A program made the translations under genes and the position numbers. Positions 39,414 to 49,658 of a stretch of DNA of 64,000 nt are shown here, in pieces. The notes beneath the pieces were generated by a model that saw only the letters and a list, made by a program, of their open reading frames with translations, was not told where the DNA came from and did no database searches. Every line of letters begins with the position of its first letter. The stretch's first letter is position 1. The stretch lies in assembly GCA_027487395.1 (NCBI GenBank), contig JAIYDR010000384.1, positions 9,732 to 73,731 on the forward strand. The letters run 5' to 3'. This DNA comes from Rhodobacter sp. GTDB lineage: Bacteria; Pseudomonadota; Alphaproteobacteria; Rhodobacterales; Rhodobacteraceae.

Positions 39414-42400
39414 ATGAACTTTTCCGCCTGGTCAATCCGAAACCCCGTAGCACCCCTTCTGACGTTCTTCTTGTTGATGATTGTCGGCTGGAACAGCTTT
39501 AACTCGCTGCCCATTACACGATTCCCAAACATCGATGTGCCTTTGGTCGCTGTGACCGTGGCGCAATCCGGGGCCGCGCCTGCGGAGATGGAAACGCAAA
39601 TCACCAAGGAAATCGAAGATGCCGTTGCGGGCATCACGGGGGTGAAGAACGTTATCTCCACGGTCAATGACGGCGTTTCAACAACCGCTGTGGAATTCCG
39701 CATGGAAATCCCCACGGAAAAGGCCGTGCAAGACACCAAAGACGCCATAGATCGCATTCGGGGCAATTTGCCGGGGTCGATTGAGGCGCCCGTGGTCAGC
39801 CGGATCGACGTTGAAGGTCAGGCAATCATGACCTTTGCCGTGGCAAACCAGAACCAGACCATCGAAGAGCTTTCCTGGTTCGTCGACAATACCGTGACTC
39901 GCGCGTTGCAGGGGCGTCCTGGCGTGGGCCGGGTGGATCGTTATGGCGGGGCCGAACGCGAAATTCGGGTGGAGTTGGATCCGGTCAAACTGGACAGCTA
40001 CGGAATCACCGCCAGCGCGGTGAACCAGCAGTTGCGCTCCACCAACGCCAACCTCGGCTCTGGCCGGTCAGAAATCGGCGATGGCGAACAGGCGATCCGC
40101 ACGCTGGGTGACGCAGCCACGGTGGAACGTCTGGCCGCGACCACCATCGCCTTGCCCTCGGGCCGGCATGTGCGCCTGTCCGATCTGGGCGAGGTGGTGG
40201 ATACCTACGAAGAACTGCGCTCTTTCGTGCGGTTGGACGGCAACCCGGTGGTGACCTTTGCCGTGTTCCGCGCCAAGGGCGCATCCGAAGTGTCGGTCGC
40301 CGAAACCGTCAACACCGTGCTGGATGGCTTGCGCACCGAGCATCCCGACACGACCATCACCATTGTTGATGAAACCGTGTTCTACACCTATGGCAACTAC
40401 GAATCCGCGCTGCACACGCTGATCGAAGGGTCGATTCTTGCCATCCTTGTGGTGCTGGCCTTCCTGCGGAACTGGCGTGCGACGCTGATTGCCGCTGTCG
40501 CCCTGCCCCTGTCGGCGGTGCCCACCTTCTTTGTCATGGACCTCTTGGGTTTTTCGCTGAACCTCGTCAGCTTCCTTGCCATCACGCTGGCCACCGGCAT
40601 CCTTGTCGATGACGCGATCGTTGAGATTGAAAACATAGCCAGACACATCAGGATGGGGAAAACTCCCTATCGCGCGGCGATTGAGGCCGCGGATGAAATC
40701 GGTCTGGCCGTTATCGCCACCACCTTCACCATCGTCGCGGTTTTCGTGCCTGTGTCGTTCATGGCCGGGATACCAGGGCAATATTTCCGGCAGTTTGGCC
40801 TGACTGTCGCCATTTCGGTGCTGTTCTCGCTTTTGGTCGCGCGTCTGATCACACCGATGATGGCCGCCTATCTGATGCGGTCCAAGGATGCCGACGAACA
40901 ACATGCCGAAGACGGCTTCATCATGCGCGGCTATCTGAAAATCGTCGCCATCTCGACCTCGGGCCGTTTCCTGCGTTTCATCCCGGCGCGCTATGTGACT
41001 TTGGTTCTGGCCTTTGTCGTCTTGGCTGTGTCGATGCACTTCATGCTCAAGGTCCCGGGCAGCTTCCTGCCACCCGAAGACGTCAGCCGCATCTCTGCCT
41101 CGGTCGAATTGCCGCCGGGAACCACCCTGGCAGAAACCGAAGTGGCGACGGATCTCATCCATGAGACGATCAAGGATATCCCGGGCATTGACCGCATCAT
41201 GGTCGTTGGCGGCACCTCGCCCACCGGCGATCTCGACGTCCGTCGCGCGTCCGTGGTGGTGGTTCTGGATCGTTTGGACCATTCGCTGCTGTTGAAGCTG
41301 TCAGATATCGTCAACAAGGTGCCCGTGCTGGGCGACCTGATTCCCGATATAGAAAACAAAGGCCGTCTGATCCCGCAAAACATCATCGAAGCGCAGATTT
41401 TCGACCGGCTCCAGAAACTTCCCGATATGCGGGCGTTCAAACTGAATGACCGCGGTGAACGGGACCTGTCCTATTCAATCCTCGCCGACAATGAGGCGGA
41501 TTTGAACGCGGCTGTGGCGCTTTTGGAGGCTGCTTTGGTCAAGGTGCCGGAACTGGCCAACGTGGCGTCAGAGGGTGCCTTGCCGCGCCCGGAAATCCAG
41601 ATCAGCCCAAGGGTGGCCGAGGCTGCGCGTCTGGGCATCACCACAGCGCAGATCGCCGAAACCGTGCGTGTTGCCACCATCGGAGATTTCGATGCGGCCT
41701 TGGCGAAACTTTCCATCGACAATCGCCTGATCCCGATCCGCGTGCGCCTGAATGATGCCAGCCGCGAAGACCTGTCGCGAATCGCGGCGCTTAAGGTGAT
41801 GACAGCCACGGGCGCTTCGGTGCCGCTGTCCGCTGTGGCGGACATTCGCATCGGCGAAGGCCCATCGGTGGTGGAACGCCTGAACCGCGAACGCCGCGCC
41901 AGCATCGGCGCGAACTTGCCCGTGGGCGTGGCGCTTGGGACGGCATCCGCCGCCTTTGACAAGGTGGTGGCCGAAACCCCATTGCCCGGCACCGCGCGCG
42001 TGGAACAATCCGGCGATGCCGAAGTTCAGGCCGAACTCTTCAGCAGCTTTGGCAATGCCATGATCCTTGGTCTGCTTTTGGTGCTGACCGTGCTGATTCT
42101 GCTCTTCAAGTCGGTGATCCAGCCCTTCACCATCCTGTTTTCGTTGCCGCTGGCCATCGGTGGCGTGGCGGCGGCGCTGATCTTGACCAATTCGGCGCTG
42201 TCCATGCCGGTGCTGATCGGGATTTTGATGCTGATGGGGATCGTGACCAAGAACGCTATCCTGCTGATCGATTTCGCCATCGAAATGCGCAATCGCGGCA
42301 TGGACCGCTTCATGGCGGTGATCGAGGCCGGGCACAAGCGCGCACGTCCCATCGTCATGACCTCGATCGCCATGTCGGCGGGGATGCTGCCCTCAGCGCT

Positions 42401-42695
42401 GGGTGTGGGTGAAGGCGGGTCGTTCCGCGCGCCGATGGCCACGGCGGTGATCGGCGGGATCATCGTCTCGACCGTGCTGTCACTGGTGGTGGTCCCGGCC
42501 TTCTTTTTGATCATGGATGACCTGTCGCGCCTGATGTCATTCTTGTTCAGCAAGATCATCGGCCCGAAAGAGGAAGAACCCGAGGCGCCCCCGGCGCATG
42601 TTCTGGCCGAACGAATCGCAGCGCTTGAGGCTGCGCAGGACAGCCGAGCGCCTATCGCTCTGGCCAAAATCGCCCCTTTGCAGGCGGCGGAATAG
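39414..42695 (+). CDS. RND efflux permease (AcrB/AcrD/AcrF family)
   Basis: 1093 aa; GILVDDAIVEIENI, GIVTKNAILL, RARPIVMT. Confidence 0.96.
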   Translation: MNFSAWSIRNPVAPLLTFFLLMIVGWNSFNSLPITRFPNIDVPLVAVTVAQSGAAPAEMETQITKEIEDAVAGITGVKNVISTVNDGVSTTAVEFRMEIPTEKAVQDTKDAIDRIRGNLPGSIEAPVVSRIDVEGQAIMTFAVANQNQTIEELSWFVDNTVTRALQGRPGVGRVDRYGGAEREIRVELDPVKLDSYGITASAVNQQLRSTNANLGSGRSEIGDGEQAIRTLGDAATVERLAATTIALPSGRHVRLSDLGEVVDTYEELRSFVRLDGNPVVTFAVFRAKGASEVSVAETVNTVLDGLRTEHPDTTITIVDETVFYTYGNYESALHTLIEGSILAILVVLAFLRNWRATLIAAVALPLSAVPTFFVMDLLGFSLNLVSFLAITLATGILVDDAIVEIENIARHIRMGKTPYRAAIEAADEIGLAVIATTFTIVAVFVPVSFMAGIPGQYFRQFGLTVAISVLFSLLVARLITPMMAAYLMRSKDADEQHAEDGFIMRGYLKIVAISTSGRFLRFIPARYVTLVLAFVVLAVSMHFMLKVPGSFLPPEDVSRISASVELPPGTTLAETEVATDLIHETIKDIPGIDRIMVVGGTSPTGDLDVRRASVVVVLDRLDHSLLLKLSDIVNKVPVLGDLIPDIENKGRLIPQNIIEAQIFDRLQKLPDMRAFKLNDRGERDLSYSILADNEADLNAAVALLEAALVKVPELANVASEGALPRPEIQISPRVAEAARLGITTAQIAETVRVATIGDFDAALAKLSIDNRLIPIRVRLNDASREDLSRIAALKVMTATGASVPLSAVADIRIGEGPSVVERLNRERRASIGANLPVGVALGTASAAFDKVVAETPLPGTARVEQSGDAEVQAELFSSFGNAMILGLLLVLTVLILLFKSVIQPFTILFSLPLAIGGVAAALILTNSALSMPVLIGILMLMGIVTKNAILLIDFAIEMRNRGMDRFMAVIEAGHKRARPIVMTSIAMSAGMLPSALGVGEGGSFRAPMATAVIGGIIVSTVLSLVVVPAFFLIMDDLSRLMSFLFSKIIGPKEEEPEAPPAHVLAERIAALEAAQDSRAPIALAKIAPLQAAE

Positions 42696-42696
42696 G

Positions 42697-43116
42697 TCAG
42701 ACCAACTTTAGCAGCAAGGCCAAAAGCTGCGCCCGTTCGGGCGCGGTCAACGGGACGAGCGTTTCGGCACTGACCTTCAGCGCCGTCGCCACCCCTTCGG
42801 CAAACAACGCCGCCCCCGCCCCGGTCAGGGAAACGGTAAGGCGGCGTTTGTCATTGGGATCGGCGGCGGTTTCCACCAAACCCTGCCGTGCCAGCCGGTC
42901 CACAACGCCCTTGATCGTGGCGGCATCCATCGCCGTCATCCGTCCCAGATGATTCTGCGATAGCGGCCCCAGTTCGGACAGGCGCGCCAGCACCGCCCAT
43001 TGCACCGAGGTCACCTGCGGCAGACGTTCGGTGAAGATCGCAAGATGCCGCTGGGTCACGCGCCGCAGCACATAACCGATCTGGTCGTCCAGCACATATT
43101 CCGGGCGCTCTGTCAT
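42697..43116 (-). CDS. MarR family regulator, NicR-like
   Basis: QIGYVLRRVTQRHLAIF, MDAATIKGVVDRL, DPNDKRRLTVSLT; start re-called at 43116; divergent from the Mo-hydroxylase. Confidence 0.88.
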   Translation of the reverse strand: MTERPEYVLDDQIGYVLRRVTQRHLAIFTERLPQVTSVQWAVLARLSELGPLSQNHLGRMTAMDAATIKGVVDRLARQGLVETAADPNDKRRLTVSLTGAGAALFAEGVATALKVSAETLVPLTAPERAQLLALLLKLV

Positions 43117-43155
43117 GGCTTGAAATAGACCGCGACCGATTGCCGCGCAAGAATG

Positions 43156-43200
43156 TTGACAGATGCTCCGCCTGTCCGCAATCTCATGTGCATACAAACG
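43156..43200 (+). promoter_or_regulatory. Putative promoter and operator of the catabolic operon
   Basis: TTGACA-N17-CAATCT followed by the imperfect palindrome TGTGCATACA. Confidence 0.55.
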
Positions 43201-43214
43201 ATATGGGTCGCCCA

Positions 43215-44033
43215 ATGCTGTTTGCCCGCCCCGACACCCTGACACAGGCGATTGCGCTTCGGGCGCAGGGGATGCGGGTTTTGTCGGGTGGGACAGACCT
43301 CTATCCCGGAGCATCGGCAGAACTTTCGGGCGATGTCCTGGACCTGACCGCCATCCCCGCCCTGCGCGATATGACCCAAGGTCCGGATGGCTTGCGAATC
43401 GGGGCGTGCACGACTTGGAGCGATTTGGTGGAGGCAGATTTGCCCCCCGCCTTGACCGCCCTGCAACAGGCGGCGCTTCAGGTCGGGGGGCGGCAAGTGC
43501 AAAACGCCGGGACCATCGGCGGCAACCTCTGCAACGCCTCTCCGGCCGCAGATGGCGTGCCGCCGCTTCTGGTGCTGGATGCGGTGGTGGAATTGACAGG
43601 ACCGACCGGTGCACGGTCCCTGCCGCTGGATCAGTTTATCATCGGCCCCCGCCGCACGGCACTGGCGCAGGGCGAAATCCTGACTGCCATCACGCTGCCG
43701 CACAGCGCCCTGACCGGACGATCCGCCTTTGTCAAACTGGGCGCGCGGGCGCATCTGGTGATCTCAATCGCCATGGTCGCGGTGCGGATTTCGCTGGAAA
43801 AGGGTCACATTTCCCACTGCGCGCTGGCGGTTGGCTCTTGCGGTCCCGTCGCCTGCCGCCTGCCAAGGCTAGAGGCCGCGATCCTTGGTCTGACGCTGTC
43901 TCAGGCGCTGGAACAGATCACCCCTACGGCGCTCGATGCCCTGTCACCCATCGACGATATTCGCGCCACTGCCGCCTATCGGAGGGAAGCCGCCGCCGAA
44001 CTCCTCCGCCGCGCAGTGACGGAGGCCGCATGA
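43215..44033 (+). CDS. Molybdenum hydroxylase FAD-binding subunit (nicotinate dehydrogenase-like)
   Basis: LSGGTDL, QVQNAGTIGGNLCNASPAADG, PIDDIRATAAYR; alternative start at 43203. Confidence 0.9.
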   Translation: MLFARPDTLTQAIALRAQGMRVLSGGTDLYPGASAELSGDVLDLTAIPALRDMTQGPDGLRIGACTTWSDLVEADLPPALTALQQAALQVGGRQVQNAGTIGGNLCNASPAADGVPPLLVLDAVVELTGPTGARSLPLDQFIIGPRRTALAQGEILTAITLPHSALTGRSAFVKLGARAHLVISIAMVAVRISLEKGHISHCALAVGSCGPVACRLPRLEAAILGLTLSQALEQITPTALDALSPIDDIRATAAYRREAAAELLRRAVTEAA

Positions 44034-46699
44034 TCACCTTCACCCTCAACGGCCAACCCGTCACCACCGACAGCGCCCCAACCCGCCGCCTGTCCGAGGT
44101 GCTGCGTGAGGATTTGGGGCTGAAAGGCACCAAAGTTGGCTGCGACGCGGGCGATTGCGGCTCTTGCACCGTGCTGGTGGATGGCCGCGCGCTGTGCGCT
44201 TGCTTGACCCCCGCCGCACGGATTGCGGGCGCGCATGTCGAAACGGTGGAGCGCGAGACCCCCGAACTCACCCGCCTGCGCACTGCCTTTCTGCGCCACG
44301 GCGCGGCGCAATGCGGCATCTGCACGCCGGGAATGCTGATGGCCGCCGTTGATCTGTTGCGCCGCAATCCCACACCCAGCGAAGCTGAAGCATCCGAGGC
44401 CTTGGGCGGCGTGCTCTGCCGTTGCACCGGTTATCGCAAGATCATCGCCGCCGTTTGTGACACGACCGATAGCGCCGCGATCACCACCGGCGGCGTTGGC
44501 ACGGCGCTTCAACGGATTGACGGCGCGGCCAAAGTGGCGGGCGATCTTTTCGGGGCCGATGTGGTGCCTGACGGAGCTTTGACGCTGAAAGCGATCCGCT
44601 CTCCCCACCATCACGCGGCCTTCACCTTCGGCGATCTGACCGCCTATGCCCAACGTCCCGGCGTGGCGGGCGTCTTTACCGCCGCCGATATCCCCGGCCT
44701 GAATCGCTTTGGCGTCATCCCGCCTTTCGCCGACCAACCCGCCATCGCCCCCAGCCCCGCGCGGTTTCGCGGTGAATGCGTGGCCTTGGTGGCGTTTGAG
44801 CCGGGGGTGACCCCTGATCTGTCCGACTTTCCGATCCACTGGCAAGAACGCCCCGCCCAGATGATCCCGGCCGAGGCCGAGACCTCATCCCATCTGATCC
44901 ACGACAACCGCCCCGGCAACCGTCTGACCGAAGGCCGCGTGGTCAAGGGCGATGCTGCCGCCGCCCTCGCCACCTCTGCCCATATCGTCGAAGGCGAGAT
45001 CACCACTGCCTTCGTCGAACACGCCTATATCGAACCTGAGGCTGGATCCGCGTGGATGGAGGGCGATGTCCTCAACATCCGCGCCTGCACCCAAGCCCCC
45101 GTCATGGACCGCGATGACACCGCCACCATCCTGGCCCTGCCCCATGACCGCGTCCGCATCCGGCCCAGCGCTGTGGGTGGCGGTTTCGGGTCAAAGCTGG
45201 ATGTCAGCCTGCAACCGCTGCTCGGGCTTGTGGCGCTGAAAACCGGACGGCCCGTGCGGATGACCTACACACGGCAAGAAAGCATGGCCTCCACCACCAA
45301 ACGCCACCCGGCCGAGATTCGGGGCCGCATCGGCTGCGACGCCACAGGCCGGATCACCGCCGTCGCCTTCGAAGGCCGCTTCGACACTGGCGCCTATGCC
45401 TCTTGGGGCCCCACCGTGGCAAACCGCGTCCCGGTCCATGCCTCTGGCCCCTACCTGACACCGCATGTCCACGCCCGCGCCCGCGCGATCCACACCAACG
45501 GCCCCGTCTCGGGGGCCTTCCGGGGCTTCGGCGTGCCACAGGCCGCCATTTGGCAAGAAACCCTCTTTGACCAACTCGCCGACAAAGCCGGGATCGACCG
45601 GCTGGAGTTCCGCATCCTCAATGCCCTGACCGATGGCGATCTGTCCGCCACCGGCCAAGTGATGCAGGCCACCGGCATCCGCGAATGTCTTGAAGCGCTC
45701 CGCCCCCATTGGTACCGCGCCTTGGCCGAGGCACAGGGCAAACCCGGACGCGGCGTCGGCCTTGCCTCATGCTGGTATGGCTGCGGCAACACGTCTTTGC
45801 CCAACCCTTCCACCATCCGCATTGGCATCACACCCAGTGGCCAGATCGTCCTGCACCAAGGCGCCACCGACATCGGCCAGGGATCGAACACCGTCATCCC
45901 CCAGATCGCCGCGCAAGCCTTGGGTCTGCCCGTCGAACTGTTCCACCTGATCGGCCCGGATACCTTCCTGACCCCGGATGCCGGCAAAACCTCGGCCAGC
46001 CGACAAACCTATGTCTCCGGCCGCGCCGCCCATGACACTGCCCGCGCGCTGCGGTCACAGATATTGCGGCTGGCCAATGCCTCGGACGCCGCCACCTTGT
46101 CACTGGCCAATGGCACCTTAACCGTCACCGAAGGCACCACCCGCCGCGACATCGCTCTCGCGTCCCAGCCCATCGGCGAAGATGGCTATGTCCTGCTCGC
46201 CGAAGAAACCTATGACCCGCCCACCGCGCCTTTGGATGCCAATGGCCAAGGCAAACCCTACGCCGTCTACGGCTATGGTGCGCAACTGGTCGAACTCCAT
46301 GTTGACCGCGCCCTCGGCACCGTCAAACTGCTGAAGATCACCGCCGCTCATGATGTGGGTCGCGCCATCAACCCCCAACTCGCCGAAGGCCAGATCGAAG
46401 GCGGCATCGCCCAAGGCATCGGCCTTGCCTTGATGGAGGAATACCTCCCCGGCCGGACCGAAAACCTGCACGACTACCTGATCCCTACCACAGGCGACGT
46501 CCCGCCCATCCAGTCAATCCTTTTGGAAATCCCCGATCCCGAAGGCCCCTTCGGCGCAAAGGGCTTGGGCGAACATGTCCTGATCCCCACCGCCCCCGCC
46601 ATCCTCAACGCCATCCGCCACGCCACCGGGGCCAAGATCACCCGCCTGCCCGCCCTGCCCCACCGCATCCGCGCCGCGATCCTAGGGGCAAAGCCATGA
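44030..46699 (+). CDS. Fused 2x[2Fe-2S] plus molybdopterin-binding subunit (nicotinate dehydrogenase-like)
   Basis: ATG 44030 with GGAGG RBS; GCDAGDCGSCTV, QCGICTPG, CRCTGY, VGGGFGSK, AFRGFG, GQIEGG, KGLGE. Confidence 0.92.
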   Translation: MITFTLNGQPVTTDSAPTRRLSEVLREDLGLKGTKVGCDAGDCGSCTVLVDGRALCACLTPAARIAGAHVETVERETPELTRLRTAFLRHGAAQCGICTPGMLMAAVDLLRRNPTPSEAEASEALGGVLCRCTGYRKIIAAVCDTTDSAAITTGGVGTALQRIDGAAKVAGDLFGADVVPDGALTLKAIRSPHHHAAFTFGDLTAYAQRPGVAGVFTAADIPGLNRFGVIPPFADQPAIAPSPARFRGECVALVAFEPGVTPDLSDFPIHWQERPAQMIPAEAETSSHLIHDNRPGNRLTEGRVVKGDAAAALATSAHIVEGEITTAFVEHAYIEPEAGSAWMEGDVLNIRACTQAPVMDRDDTATILALPHDRVRIRPSAVGGGFGSKLDVSLQPLLGLVALKTGRPVRMTYTRQESMASTTKRHPAEIRGRIGCDATGRITAVAFEGRFDTGAYASWGPTVANRVPVHASGPYLTPHVHARARAIHTNGPVSGAFRGFGVPQAAIWQETLFDQLADKAGIDRLEFRILNALTDGDLSATGQVMQATGIRECLEALRPHWYRALAEAQGKPGRGVGLASCWYGCGNTSLPNPSTIRIGITPSGQIVLHQGATDIGQGSNTVIPQIAAQALGLPVELFHLIGPDTFLTPDAGKTSASRQTYVSGRAAHDTARALRSQILRLANASDAATLSLANGTLTVTEGTTRRDIALASQPIGEDGYVLLAEETYDPPTAPLDANGQGKPYAVYGYGAQLVELHVDRALGTVKLLKITAAHDVGRAINPQLAEGQIEGGIAQGIGLALMEEYLPGRTENLHDYLIPTTGDVPPIQSILLEIPDPEGPFGAKGLGEHVLIPTAPAILNAIRHATGAKITRLPALPHRIRAAILGAKP

Positions 46700-46829
46700 C
46701 CCCGCATTCATTGTCCTCAGATATCCTTGGGCGGTCTGGAGGGCAGACAGCCCTCCGGGGCCAGACACAGAGACGGACAGATCAAGGCGGCAACCATCCC
46801 CCTATCCCCTTAGGGGTGAGGTGGCATCG
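46700..46829. repeat. Intergenic palindromic element (REP/MITE-like)
   Basis: GGAGGGC-AGACA-GCCCTCC hairpin (46738-46756); segment flanked by ATGACC on both sides; single copy in this window. Confidence 0.4.
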
Positions 46830-48263
46830 ATGACCGCACAAGAGAAAATCCGCTGCGATGCCTGCCCGGTGATGTGTTACATCGCCCCCGGCCAGACCGG
46901 GGCTTGCGACCGTTATGCCAATGACGCAGGGCGGATTGTGCGCACCGATCCGGTGCTGATGCTGAGCCATGCGCTGCGAGGCAGCGAAAAGATCATCCCC
47001 TTTGCCGCCGCCGAATGGCAGGATGGCCTTGTGCCGGTGGACACCGTGGTGACTGGCATCGGGTCCGGCACGACCTATCCCGATTACAAGCCCGCACCCT
47101 TTATCGTGTCCTCGCAGATCGACGGCGCGGAGTTGGTCACCGTGGTGACCGAGGCGATCTTTTCCTATTGCGGCGTCAAGGTGAAGATCGACACCGACCG
47201 TCACCTTGGCCCCGAAGGCGCCGTGATCCGCGTCGATGGCGAGCCCGTTGGCCATGTCACCACCGCCGAATATGGCAGTCAGATGCTCTCGCTTGGCGGC
47301 GTGCATCACCTGACCGGAGGCAGCAAGGGCGAAGGTCGCATCACCTGCGCCGCGATGCTGGCGCTGTGCAATCGTGACGCCGTGACGCTGACCATCGACG
47401 GCGGCTCAACCGTCACCGTGCAGGCTGGCCAGCCGCCCATCGTGGACGGCACCCCGGAACGGCGCATGCGCGTCGGCTGCGGCTCGGCGACCATTGGCAT
47501 GTTCGCCAGCCAATGGCAGGGCTTGGTCGATGAGGTGGTGGTTGTCGATGACCACATCACCGGCGTCGTCAGCGAACATCAGGCAGGAAAGGTGATCGGC
47601 TGGCCCGCGACAGGCATCCGCATCAAGGGCCACCGCTCTACCCCTGGCCGCTACTTCCGCGTGTCTGATCCCGGCTTGGGATGGGGCGGCACGAAGCTGA
47701 TAGACCCGTTGGACATCCTCGGCCCGTGGAACGCGGCCAAAGGCGCGCGGCCCGGATTGCGGCTGTTGATGGTGTCAACGACGGGCGAGGAATACGGCTA
47801 CTACATCCTCGATGCGTCTCTAATCCCGCAAAAGCACCCGTTGCCGCCGGAACTGGAACCCTCCGTCAAATTGATTGATGAAAACTGCGAACCCTCGCTT
47901 TGCACCGTCCTGTTCATGGGCGGCGCGGGGGGCAGTCTGAGGGCGGGGGTGACGAAAAATCCGGTACGGCTAACTCGGTCCGTGCAGGCGCGTGAGACTC
48001 GGCTGACCTGCGGCGGGGCCGAATGCTATGTCTGGCCCGGGGGTGGGATCACCTTCATGGTCGATGTGCTGGACCTGCCGCCCGGCAGTTTTGGCTATGT
48101 CCCCACACCCGCGCTGGTGGCCCCGTTGGAGTTCACCCTGCCACGGGCTTCCTATCTGCGCTTGGGCGGGCATGATGAGGCGATCCGCTCCCTCCCCGAC
48201 ATCCTGCAAAACGGCGGCGAATACCCCACCGCAGCGAAACTCCATCCAAGGGGGCAGGGATGA
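46830..48263 (+). CDS. 6-hydroxynicotinate reductase-like Fe-S protein
   Basis: KIRCDACPVMCYI...GACDRYAN, TTYPDYKPAPFIVS, RMRVGCGSATIGMFA, VVVVDDHITGVVSEHQAG; next to the Mo-hydroxylase. Confidence 0.85.
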   Translation: MTAQEKIRCDACPVMCYIAPGQTGACDRYANDAGRIVRTDPVLMLSHALRGSEKIIPFAAAEWQDGLVPVDTVVTGIGSGTTYPDYKPAPFIVSSQIDGAELVTVVTEAIFSYCGVKVKIDTDRHLGPEGAVIRVDGEPVGHVTTAEYGSQMLSLGGVHHLTGGSKGEGRITCAAMLALCNRDAVTLTIDGGSTVTVQAGQPPIVDGTPERRMRVGCGSATIGMFASQWQGLVDEVVVVDDHITGVVSEHQAGKVIGWPATGIRIKGHRSTPGRYFRVSDPGLGWGGTKLIDPLDILGPWNAAKGARPGLRLLMVSTTGEEYGYYILDASLIPQKHPLPPELEPSVKLIDENCEPSLCTVLFMGGAGGSLRAGVTKNPVRLTRSVQARETRLTCGGAECYVWPGGGITFMVDVLDLPPGSFGYVPTPALVAPLEFTLPRASYLRLGGHDEAIRSLPDILQNGGEYPTAAKLHPRGQG

Positions 48264-49084
48264 GCGCGCAAGTCACATGGCTTCCGGGGGGACGATTGCA
48301 CCTCCATCACGGGCCGATTGATGTGATCCTGCAAGGTTGGGGCGACGCGCGGTCGCTACAAGCGGGCTATGCGGCGGCGGTGACCAGATTCGACACCATT
48401 CTAGAGGAATTGGTGTCTGAACTGCCTGCGCTGCGATCCCCGGATGCCGCAGTGACCGGACCCACCGCACGGTTGATGGCCGCTGCCGTAATCCCTTTCC
48501 GCCCCACCTTCATCACGCCCATGGCCGCTGTCGCCGGGGCCGTCGCCGACACCATCCTGCGCGCCTTTGTCCGCCCCGGCATCACCCGCGCTTTTGCCAA
48601 CAACGGCGGCGACATCGCACTGCATCTGGACCCCGGCGAACACCTGACCTGCGCCATCGCGGGGGCAGCCGGAAGCGTCACGATCCACGCCGCCGATAGG
48701 GTGCGCGGCATCGCCACCTCGGGTTGGCGGGGGCGCAGTTGGTCTTTGGGTATCGCGGATTCAGTGACGATCCTTGGCAAAACCGCAGCCGAGGCCGATG
48801 CCGCAGCGACCATCGTCGCCAATGCGGTGGACCTGCCGGGCCATCCCGCCATCACCCGCCGCCCCGCTTTTGACCTACAAGCCGACAGTGACCTTGGCCC
48901 CCGCCTTGTCACCACCAATGTCGCCCCCCTGACCGCAACCGAGGCGCAAACCGCCGTAGATCGCGGTGCAGCCACAGGGCAAGCGGCGCTGGCGCGCGGA
49001 CTGATCGACGGCGCGTTGATTTTCCTGCACCCTGCAGTGCGAACCCTTGGCACCCTGCGCTTGAAGGAGCCTGAACTTGCCTGA
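48260..49084 (+). CDS. UPF0280 (ApbE superfamily) protein
   Basis: HHGPID, ITPMAAVAGAVAD, NNGGDIA, GIATSGWRGRSWSLGIADSVT, ADAAAT. Confidence 0.88.
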   Translation: MSAQVTWLPGGRLHLHHGPIDVILQGWGDARSLQAGYAAAVTRFDTILEELVSELPALRSPDAAVTGPTARLMAAAVIPFRPTFITPMAAVAGAVADTILRAFVRPGITRAFANNGGDIALHLDPGEHLTCAIAGAAGSVTIHAADRVRGIATSGWRGRSWSLGIADSVTILGKTAAEADAAATIVANAVDLPGHPAITRRPAFDLQADSDLGPRLVTTNVAPLTATEAQTAVDRGAATGQAALARGLIDGALIFLHPAVRTLGTLRLKEPELA

Positions 49085-49658
49085 CTTCCCCCTCCGCCGC
49101 ATCACCACACAGATCGAGGAGATCCACCACGAAGGGGGGCCCCTCGCCAATCCGCCCGCCCTGCGCGGCGCGATCATCGCCGTGGTGGGCAACCCCTTCG
49201 CCGGACGCTACGAGCCGGATTTACAGCCCGCGATGGAGGCCTTGAAACCCCTCGCCCTCCTGTTGACCGACCGTCTGGTCGCCGCTTTGGGCGGGCGCGA
49301 CGGCATTGATGCCTATGGCAAAGGCGCCATCGTGGGTGAAAGCGGCGAGTCCGAACATGGCGCGCTGTGGCATGTCGCGGGCGGTTACGGGATGCGCGAC
49401 CGCTTGGGCGAGTGTCGGGCCATCGTGCCCTCCGCCATGAAACTGGGCGGCATCGGGTCCACGCTGGATGTCCCCTTGGGGCACCTGAACGCCGCCTATG
49501 TGCGCTCGCGTTTTGACGTGATCACCGTGCGGATGGAGGATGCGCCGAAAGCGCATGAGATGGCGTTGGTCTTGGCCATGGCGCGCGGCGGACGGGTCCA
49601 CAGCCGCATGGGCGGACTAGAGGTCTGGCAGGTGAAGGGCGAGGACGGGCTAAGATGA
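49077..49658 (+). CDS. Amino acid synthesis family (AA_synth) protein
   Basis: NPFAGRY, YGKGAIVGESGESEHGALWH, DVPLGH.NAAYVRS; TTG start with AAGGAG RBS. Confidence 0.82.
   Translation: MPDFPLRRITTQIEEIHHEGGPLANPPALRGAIIAVVGNPFAGRYEPDLQPAMEALKPLALLLTDRLVAALGGRDGIDAYGKGAIVGESGESEHGALWHVAGGYGMRDRLGECRAIVPSAMKLGGIGSTLDVPLGHLNAAYVRSRFDVITVRMEDAPKAHEMALVLAMARGGRVHSRMGGLEVWQVKGEDGLR

Noticed and set aside
43163..44029. 1178-aa ORF suggesting a FAD/Fe-S/Mo triple fusion or frameshift
   Set aside because: The extension is an alternative frame over the FAD-subunit gene; the real start at 44030 has a GGAGG RBS and an ATGA overlap.
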